A stretch of DNA of 61,732 nucleotides from Alphaproteobacteria bacterium (lineage in GTDB: Bacteria; Pseudomonadota; Alphaproteobacteria; GCA-2731375): positions 1 to 61,732 of the forward strand of contig JASLLM010000001.1 in the NCBI GenBank assembly GCA_030747035.1, read 5' to 3'. The notes under the pieces were generated by a model. That model was not told the origin of the DNA. It saw only the letters and a list, made by a program, of their open reading frames with translations, and ran no database searches. Made by a program: the position numbers and the translations under genes. Below are positions 55,736-61,732 of this stretch, piece by piece. Each line of letters opens with the position of its first letter. The stretch's first letter is position 1.

Positions 55736-57467
55736 ATAGGGGCATCGCCATGGCCCGCCGGACCGGAGCAGCTTCGCTATCCACCGGCCGCACCCCCAGG
55801 ATGGGCGCGATGCGGCTTATCACCCGGCCGGCCAGCGGCGCCGCCGTCCAGCCGGCGGTGGCAAAGCCATGGGTCTCGACATCGCCCCGCGGCTCATCCA
55901 GCAGCAGATAGACGACATACTTTGGCGCGGTCATGGGAAAAGCCGCCGCGAAGGAAGAGATCAAGGCCTTGCGGTTGTACCCGCCCACGCCGGCCTTTTC
56001 AGCCGTGCCGGTTTTACCGCCGACCAGGAAGCCCGGCGCCTGCGCCTTGCGTCCGGTGCCCTTCTCGACCACGGCGCGCAACAAGCGCCGCAACTGGTTC
56101 GATGTCCGCTTGCTGATCACCTGTATGCCGACGGTTGGTTTTCCCGGTTTACGCTTGATCAGGGTCGCGGGCAGCAGCACACCACCATTGACCATCGCCG
56201 CAAAGGCTGACGCGAACTGCACCGGTGAAACCGCCAAGCCGTGGCCATAGGCCGCCGTCATCGTGGAAATATCGCCCCAACGGGCAGGCGTGATGGGCAC
56301 GCCGACTTCGGGTAATTCCAGGCTGGGCCGGCCCAGCAAGCCAAAACGATCGAGATAGCTGCGCTGGCTGTCCCGGCCAACGTCCAGGGCCATTTTGGCC
56401 GCGCCAATGTTTGAGGAATAGATCAGAATTTCCGGCACCGACAACCAGCGCTTCTTGGCATGGCTGTCGCGAATGGTAAAACGGGCCACCCGGATCGGCT
56501 TGGTCGCGTCATAGCCGCCGCGAATCCTGGTCGCGCCACTATCAAGGGCCATGGCTACGGTCAGCACCTTGAAAACCGAGCCCAGCTCGTAAACGCCCTT
56601 GGTCGCACGGTTGAAACGCGCCAGAGCGGGGGCGGCGGAAGGATGGTTGGGGTCAAAATCCGGCAAGGATACCAGAGCCAGAAGCTCGCCCGAGTTCACG
56701 TCCATCACCAGACCGGCGGCGCCGGCCGCCTGAAACCGGTCCACGGCTGATCTCAGTTCATCACGCAGCGCATGTTGCACCCGGGCATCCAGAGATACCT
56801 GCAAAGCCTGGCCCCGGGGGCCACGATCGCGCATTTCCTGATCAAAATATTTCTCGATACCGGAAATACCGTCGCCATCCACGTCGGTGAAGCCCAGCAC
56901 ATGGGATTCCAACGCGCCATGGGGATACAGACGCCGCTGTTCATCGCGGAAGTGCAAACCCGGAATGCCCAGGCCATTGACCGCCGCCTGTTGCGACGGC
57001 GTCAGATTTCGCTTCAACCAAACAAAGGCGCGGCCCGAGGACAGGCGTTCCTGTACCGCGGCAAGGCTCAATTCCGGCAGCACCTTGACCAACTTGGCCG
57101 CCGCCGCCGCCGCGTCAGGAACCGACCTGGCATCGGCATATAACGACGCAGTCAGCAGATTGGTCGCCAGCAGCGTTCCATTGCGGTCAACAATATCCGA
57201 CCGGCCCGCCGTCGACTTGGTGGGCGCCACGGTGATGAATGCCAGCGATTGGCCCGGTTCACGAACCACGGTCAATTCGATCAACCGGCCCGCCAAAACG
57301 AAGAAACTGACGGCAAATACCAGGGCCACGGTCACCAACCGGGTGTGCCCGGTACGGATGGCCTGAACCTTGCTGCCGACCAAATGCGCGCTGTCGCGGG
57401 GTTCCGCCTCAGTCCAGCCACCGGCATGATCGACGCTGTCAACGATCGCTGTGCCGGGTTGTGTCAT
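55692..57467 (-). CDS. ftsI: Peptidoglycan D,D-transpeptidase FtsI (class B PBP)
   Basis: N-terminal TM helix and transpeptidase motifs SVFK (SxxK), SSN and KTGT. ATGA overlap with ftsL. Confidence 0.94.
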   Translation of the reverse strand: MTQPGTAIVDSVDHAGGWTEAEPRDSAHLVGSKVQAIRTGHTRLVTVALVFAVSFFVLAGRLIELTVVREPGQSLAFITVAPTKSTAGRSDIVDRNGTLLATNLLTASLYADARSVPDAAAAAAKLVKVLPELSLAAVQERLSSGRAFVWLKRNLTPSQQAAVNGLGIPGLHFRDEQRRLYPHGALESHVLGFTDVDGDGISGIEKYFDQEMRDRGPRGQALQVSLDARVQHALRDELRSAVDRFQAAGAAGLVMDVNSGELLALVSLPDFDPNHPSAAPALARFNRATKGVYELGSVFKVLTVAMALDSGATRIRGGYDATKPIRVARFTIRDSHAKKRWLSVPEILIYSSNIGAAKMALDVGRDSQRSYLDRFGLLGRPSLELPEVGVPITPARWGDISTMTAAYGHGLAVSPVQFASAFAAMVNGGVLLPATLIKRKPGKPTVGIQVISKRTSNQLRRLLRAVVEKGTGRKAQAPGFLVGGKTGTAEKAGVGGYNRKALISSFAAAFPMTAPKYVVYLLLDEPRGDVETHGFATAGWTAAPLAGRVISRIAPILGVRPVDSEAAPVRRAMAMPLYGRTGNRGRNIAVN

Positions 57468-57907
57468 GACCGCTCCCCGCTGCTGGCCATGACGATCCGC
57501 TGACCACGCCGTGTTTTCACCGGCTTTCGGCCCGGCAACGGCGGGTTGCCGCGCCTAACCTTTCGCCGCGCCTTCTTCCGATCATTCTTCAGGTCGGATT
57601 TATTCTTGAGAGCACCGGTCTTCTTGCCTTCGGCCTTCAGGGGCAGACTGGCCAGTGTGCCGATCTGCGCCGGCGCCAGAGGGCGCAGCTCCAAATGCCG
57701 CCGGGCCAGAGCCTGCAACCGGCTGGGCTGACTCAGGAAGCTCAGTTCCGCAGCCAGGATGCGGCTGTTGCGCCGGCTGTCAGCCAACTCGGCCGTGGCC
57801 ACCGTCAGTTCCCGCTCAAGCTGCTGAACCTCGGATTCCAGGCGGTAAAGGCCCAGCGAAACCGCCAGTACCAACAGCAGAACAATAATGGTGATGGGCC
57901 ACCTCAT
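57464..57907 (-). CDS. ftsL: Cell division protein FtsL-like (TM + coiled coil, with a basic C-terminal tail)
   Basis: N-terminal TM helix (ITIIVLLLVLAVSLGL) followed by a leucine-zipper-like segment. Positioned between rsmH and ftsI with ATGA overlaps on both sides. Confidence 0.82.
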   Translation of the reverse strand: MRWPITIIVLLLVLAVSLGLYRLESEVQQLERELTVATAELADSRRNSRILAAELSFLSQPSRLQALARRHLELRPLAPAQIGTLASLPLKAEGKKTGALKNKSDLKNDRKKARRKVRRGNPPLPGRKPVKTRRGQRIVMASSGERS

Positions 57908-58902
57908 GACGCCACCCCGACAGCCGGCCCCAATCCCGCCGCCGGCACCTCGGTACGTTGGGCCAGGCGTAGTCGGGCCGAACGGGCCCTGGGATTGGCG
58001 GCAATTTCGGTGGCACCGGGTTTCGTGGCGCCACGGCGCGGCAGTTGGAAGGTGATCGGCCGCTGATCTTCACTGGGCGGACGGTGGCGCGACCCGGCGG
58101 GCCGCAGACCGGCCCGCTCGCTCAGAAACTGCTTCACTTCCCGGTCCTCGAGGGAATGGAACGAGACCACGGCCAGCCAGCCCCAAGGAGCCAGCAGGCG
58201 CTCCGCCGCCGCCAGGCCCTGGCGAAGCTCTTCAATTTCGCTGTTTACGTAAATGCGCAGAGCCTGAAATGTGCGCGTCGCTGGATGGATGCGTTTGCCG
58301 CCTTTACCGGTTGCTCTGACAGCCTTGGCAACGATATCAGCCAGGGTCGAGGTGCGTTCGATCGGCGCCGTTTCGCGGGCCCTAATAATGGCACGGGCGA
58401 CGGCGCGGGAACGGCGTTCGTCGCCATAATGATAAATGATATCCGCCAGTTCATCCTGTTCCCGGCTGTTGACCACGTCCGCCGCACTCTCGCCCGCCTG
58501 CGACATGCGCATGTCCAAGGGTCCGTCGACGGAGAAGGAAAAACCACGCCCGGCCTGATCAAGCTGCATGGAAGAAACGCCCAGATCCAACGTCACGCCC
58601 TGCAATTGCGAGGCGCCGGCATCCGCCGCCAGTTGCCCCATTTCGGAAAAGCGGCCCTGAACCAGGGTCAGACGGCCGTCAAATTCAGCTACCGCCGCGG
58701 CACCCGCGGCCACCGCATCCGGGTCCCGGTCAATGGCAATCAGCCGACAATCGGCGGCTTCAAGGATCGCCTTGGCATATCCGCCGGCACCAAAGGTGCC
58801 ATCCAGATAGACGCCACCATCCCGGACCGCCAGACCCTGCAGCACCTCGTCCAGCATCACTGGGACATGGGGGACATCGGGGATATGCGGGGCGGCGATC
58901 AT
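57904..58902 (-). CDS. rsmH: 16S rRNA (cytosine1402-N4)-methyltransferase
   Basis: HVPVMLDEV, DGTFGAGGY, and SFHSLEDR motifs. Confidence 0.96.
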   Translation of the reverse strand: MIAAPHIPDVPHVPVMLDEVLQGLAVRDGGVYLDGTFGAGGYAKAILEAADCRLIAIDRDPDAVAAGAAAVAEFDGRLTLVQGRFSEMGQLAADAGASQLQGVTLDLGVSSMQLDQAGRGFSFSVDGPLDMRMSQAGESAADVVNSREQDELADIIYHYGDERRSRAVARAIIRARETAPIERTSTLADIVAKAVRATGKGGKRIHPATRTFQALRIYVNSEIEELRQGLAAAERLLAPWGWLAVVSFHSLEDREVKQFLSERAGLRPAGSRHRPPSEDQRPITFQLPRRGATKPGATEIAANPRARSARLRLAQRTEVPAAGLGPAVGVAS

Positions 58903-59375
58903 TCGCCCGACCCCATCTTATCGCGGCGCTGCAGCTCGAACTTGGCGGCCTGGTCCTTGGCGCGTTCCGTTGCCGCCGCTTCGTACGCCTCGTACGCCTC
59001 GGGCGCCCAGATCTGAAAAGTCGCGCCGCGGCCCGCGAACGTCGCCAGGCTGGTGAGGCCCGCATGCTCCAACAACTGTTGCGGCAGGATGATCCGGCCT
59101 TCGCCGTCGAACGGCAGGCGGTGGGACTTGGTCAGTATGGCCGTGGCCAGATCGCCATATTCATCAGAAAACGGATTGAAGCTGTCGATCCCTTCGGCCA
59201 GATGGCGCATGCGGTCAATATCGCAGCCGTCGATGGCGCCACCATTGCCGGGCGAGGGAAAAGCGACAACGCCGGCGAAGGCATCCGACGTCAAGTCGGC
59301 ACGGAAAGACGCCGGCACGGAAACCCGTCCCTTCCGGTCCACCTTGTTGTCAAACCGCGACAAAAACAGCGCCAC
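58899..59375 (-). CDS. mraZ: Transcriptional regulator MraZ
   Basis: 158 aa with two SpoVT/AbrB-like halves carrying D.KGR..VP / DGEGRI.LP motifs. GTG start with GGGAGA RBS. First gene of the dcw cluster. Confidence 0.93.
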   Translation of the reverse strand: MALFLSRFDNKVDRKGRVSVPASFRADLTSDAFAGVVAFPSPGNGGAIDGCDIDRMRHLAEGIDSFNPFSDEYGDLATAILTKSHRLPFDGEGRIILPQQLLEHAGLTSLATFAGRGATFQIWAPEAYEAYEAAATERAKDQAAKFELQRRDKMGSGE

Positions 59376-59453
59376 GACCAGTCTCCCGGTTAGTCTTTTC
59401 CAATCCGGCGCGGCATGGGATCACAGCAAATGATCCACATTCCAGGCCACGAT

Positions 59454-59476
59454 ACCCAATTTGGGTTTTTATGGGA
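59454..59476. promoter_or_regulatory. Candidate MraZ operator: ACCCAA-T-TTGGGT palindrome plus TGGGT-N5-TGGGA direct repeats upstream of mraZ
   Basis: Read directly. TGGGN boxes at 59462 and 59472 have 10-bp phasing, with an inverted box at 59454-59458. They overlap a possible TTGACG (59501-59496) -N17- TATCCC promoter on the minus strand. Confidence 0.3.
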
Positions 59477-59505
59477 TATCATGCCCTAAGATGCCCGTCA
59501 ACGAC

Positions 59506-59520
59506 TTAACAAATAATTAA
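59506..59520. promoter_or_regulatory. TTAA-N7-TTAA (CtrA-box-like) site in the mraZ/crotonase divergent intergenic region
   Basis: TTAACAAATAATTAA read directly, about 130 nt upstream of the mraZ start. Confidence 0.25.
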
Positions 59521-59853
59521 TTGGGCTATTCAAAGTCAAAATCCGTTTCGCCAAGTGTTGCGCCAAATGCCCGTATCGACCAAAACGCGTCTGATCTATG
59601 AAATTGGCCGACAAACTAGTGGCCAAATAAGGCAAAATTCTGTTCTTAGTATGTTCTTTTGGTGCTTTAACGATCCGAATTCAGGCACCGGAACCGCGGT
59701 CTTAGCAGCGCCTCCACCAGTGGCGGAGGAAGACTTTTCAGTTCCGGGCGGTCGCGTCTTGTCCTATCATCAGTCCGGTTTGGGGAGTTTTGGTGGCGCC
59801 GGCCACCACGGGGCGCGTCAGGTTTTCGTTGTCACAGCAAAGGAGCTGGCCCC

Positions 59854-60669
59854 ATGGCCTACCAAACCATCAAGTACGACAAGGACGCCCATATCGTCAC
59901 CATCACCTTGAACCGGCCGGAACGGCGCAACGCCATCAACAGCGTCATGAATGACGAGTTGAAAACCGCCTGGAAGGATTTTCGCGACGATGACGATGCC
60001 CTGGTGGCGATTATTACCGGGGCCGGCGACAAGGCCTTTTGCGCCGGCTGGGACCTGGAGGATGCGGCGGCCGACAATTTCAAGTTCGATGACTACGAGA
60101 AATACCGACAGGACATCTACAACAGCGAGGGCTATTGCGGCTATACCAAGCGGGCCGATATCTTCAAGCCGATCATCGCCGCCGTGAACGGCTACGCCGT
60201 TGCCGCCGGCATGGAAACAGCGATGCTGGCCGATATCCGCATCTGCGCCGAAAACGCCCAGTTCGGCGCGACGGAGCGGCGCTGGAACATCGTCTCGGGC
60301 GACGGCCTGGCGGTGCGCCTGCCCCTGATCGTCGGCTTCGCCCACGCCATGGAGCTGTTGATCACCGGACGCTTCATCGATGTGCACGAGGCCTACCGCA
60401 TGAGCCTGGCGAACGAAATTGTGCCCGAGGGCAAGGCCTACGAGCGGGCCCTTGAGCTGGCAAAGTCCATCGCCAAACTGCCCCAAGGCGCCCTGCGCTC
60501 GGACAAGGAAACCATGCTGCGCGGCATCGGACGGCCCCTGGAGGAAAGGTTACGCATCGAAACCGAAATGATGTTGTCGATGTGGATGCGCCGGGACCGG
60601 CACAGCGACGGCGCGCAAGCTTTTCTGGACAAGAACACCGAACCGGACTGGCCCAACCACGGCCTTTGA
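59854..60669 (+). CDS. Enoyl-CoA hydratase/isomerase (crotonase) family protein
   Basis: ITLNRPERRNA, GAGDKAFCAGWDL, and AAVNGYAVAAGME oxyanion-hole segments. AAGGAG RBS. Confidence 0.88.
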   Translation: MAYQTIKYDKDAHIVTITLNRPERRNAINSVMNDELKTAWKDFRDDDDALVAIITGAGDKAFCAGWDLEDAAADNFKFDDYEKYRQDIYNSEGYCGYTKRADIFKPIIAAVNGYAVAAGMETAMLADIRICAENAQFGATERRWNIVSGDGLAVRLPLIVGFAHAMELLITGRFIDVHEAYRMSLANEIVPEGKAYERALELAKSIAKLPQGALRSDKETMLRGIGRPLEERLRIETEMMLSMWMRRDRHSDGAQAFLDKNTEPDWPNHGL

Positions 60670-60686
60670 GACTTGGGAGTAATAAC

Positions 60687-61601
60687 ATGCGCGAACCGAC
60701 CGATTTCGGCGACAGGGACTATTCGGTGGCCATGGTCAATGTGACGAATGTCTGTAATTTGAGCTGCAGCCACTGTTTCATTTTCCGCGACGGCAACCCC
60801 AACAGCCCCCGCGACAAGATGGACGATGCCACCATGCTGCACCAGTTGCAGGTGCTGCGTGACCGCCATAACATCAAATACATGTACTTCATGGGTGGCG
60901 AGCCCATGATCCGGCGCGATCTGGTCATGCAGGGCACCAAGATGTTCGAGCATTGTCAGATCGTCACCAATGGCACCTATGGCATCCCTTCCCTGCCCGG
61001 GCACGAGGTCACGGTCTCGTTGGATGGTCCGGAAGCCTTGAACGACCCCATCCGGGGGAAAGGCGTGTTCCAGAAAGTCCGGGCCGCCATCGCCGAACGG
61101 CAACAGGGCGACGGCACTTCCGTGATCCTGCAGATGGTGGTCACGGCCAAGAACCAGGACGGCCTGGAAGAATTCTTCGAGGAAGTAAAGGACTGGCCCA
61201 TCGAAGGCGTCGCGGTATCCCCGTATGTGCCGCAGAAAAACGACGATAGCGGCCTGGACTGGGCCACGTTGGAGGAACGCGACGCCGTGGTCCACCGCCT
61301 GATCGCACTAAAGGAAAAATACCCGGACCTGATGAAGGCCAACGCCGGCGCCCTGCGCCTGATGCTATCGGAGACGGCACTGGACTACACCGGCACCGAT
61401 GGCGAGAACTGCCCCATTCGTGGCCAGACCCTGACACTGTATGTTGGCGATGACGGCAATTTCGAGCAGACCTTCTGCTGCTACGGCAACGATGTGGATT
61501 GCGCCCGCTGCGGCAGCTATCTGCTGTTCAACGCCGCCTATCACAAGCAGATCACCAAGCGCGGCGGCGTCGCCTCCCGCGCCGCTGCGGGCAGTGTATA
61601 G
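60687..61601 (+). CDS. Radical SAM protein with a C-terminal Cys-rich region
   Basis: ATG 60687 (RBS GGGAG), 17 nt after the crotonase stop. CxxxCxxC (CNLSCSHC), GGEP motif, C-terminal FCCYGNDVDCARCGSY. Confidence 0.85.
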   Translation: MREPTDFGDRDYSVAMVNVTNVCNLSCSHCFIFRDGNPNSPRDKMDDATMLHQLQVLRDRHNIKYMYFMGGEPMIRRDLVMQGTKMFEHCQIVTNGTYGIPSLPGHEVTVSLDGPEALNDPIRGKGVFQKVRAAIAERQQGDGTSVILQMVVTAKNQDGLEEFFEEVKDWPIEGVAVSPYVPQKNDDSGLDWATLEERDAVVHRLIALKEKYPDLMKANAGALRLMLSETALDYTGTDGENCPIRGQTLTLYVGDDGNFEQTFCCYGNDVDCARCGSYLLFNAAYHKQITKRGGVASRAAAGSV

Positions 61602-61732
61602 GATATTGCTGTGATCATTCGAAGGTGTCAGGCCAAATCTGTGCGCCGTGCTTGACGGCTAGAGCGTTTCCGGATTATTTTGGGGCATAGCCATCCTCGG
61701 CGAAGAAGTTCCAGCATTCCTCTGGTTTGAAG

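Noticed and set aside
59690-59740. GCCACTG (on the minus strand, within CCGCCACTGGTGG), reminiscent of the cobalamin-riboswitch core.
   Set aside because: The remaining conserved elements (the B12 box and GGTG...AA.CC segments) are not recognisable. The orientation would place it more than 300 nt upstream of mraZ. It is more simply an 8-bp hairpin (CCTCCACC/GGCGGAGG).
59555-59911. 118-aa ORF in the mraZ-crotonase intergenic region that runs into the crotonase start.
   Set aside because: It has no RBS and odd composition. It overlaps the well-supported crotonase start, which has an AAGGAG RBS, in another frame.
61675-61732. Open frame on the minus strand at the right edge, ending …FKPEECWNFFAEDGYAPK then a stop at 61675-61677.
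   Set aside because: Only about 19 codons are visible, too short to support a call. It may be the 3' end of a gene lying outside the window.

Overview
This is a high-GC, densely coding chromosomal segment. The dcw/FtsZ organisation looks alphaproteobacterial, possibly Rhodospirillales-like, but taxon cannot be verified here. All calls come from reading the ORF translations and the DNA by eye; no homology search was run. I saw no rRNA, tRNA, CRISPR array, IS/transposase, integrase or phage gene.

Content from left to right:
- The divergent tesA<>ybbA-ybbP module, then thpR and cobB.
- A zincin-like peptidase, a secreted Sel1-repeat protein with a pterin-4a-carbinolamine dehydratase, an SDR, a DUF1232 protein and a DMT transporter.
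- A co-directional metabolic cluster of about 12.7 kb (9959-22624): an acetoacetyl-CoA-synthetase-type ligase, three tandem ICL/PEP-mutase-family lyase paralogues, a short-type LeuCD-like dehydratase, an IVD-type acyl-CoA dehydrogenase, MCC-type acyl-CoA carboxylase beta and alpha subunits, and an MFS transporter.
- clpB, a MOSC protein and a DUF4167 protein.
- A minus-strand housekeeping run, in transcription order lysC-ptsP-rodZ-ispG-hisS-prfA-prmC, then a small orphan ORF, ubiG and a DUF2889 protein.
- A complete canonical dcw cluster, mraZ-rsmH-ftsL-ftsI-murE-murF-mraY-murD-ftsW-murG-murC-murB-ddl-ftsQ-ftsA-ftsZ, followed by lpxC (39344-59375, minus strand, most junctions are 4-nt ATGA overlaps).
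- A crotonase plus radical-SAM pair at the right edge.

Most of the window is ordinary core genome. The best candidate for undescribed biology is the 9959-22624 cluster. It joins a free-acid hydratase/lyase module (LeuCD type plus three KRCGH lyases) to a liu-like CoA module while lacking liuC and liuE equivalents. A weaker second candidate is the crotonase/radical-SAM operon, which may continue beyond the window. Several small non-coding signals are reported with low to moderate confidence: a 21-bp stem-loop after ftsZ, TGGG repeats and a TTAA-N7-TTAA site upstream of mraZ, a palindrome upstream of a small ORF, and a sigma32-like promoter for clpB.
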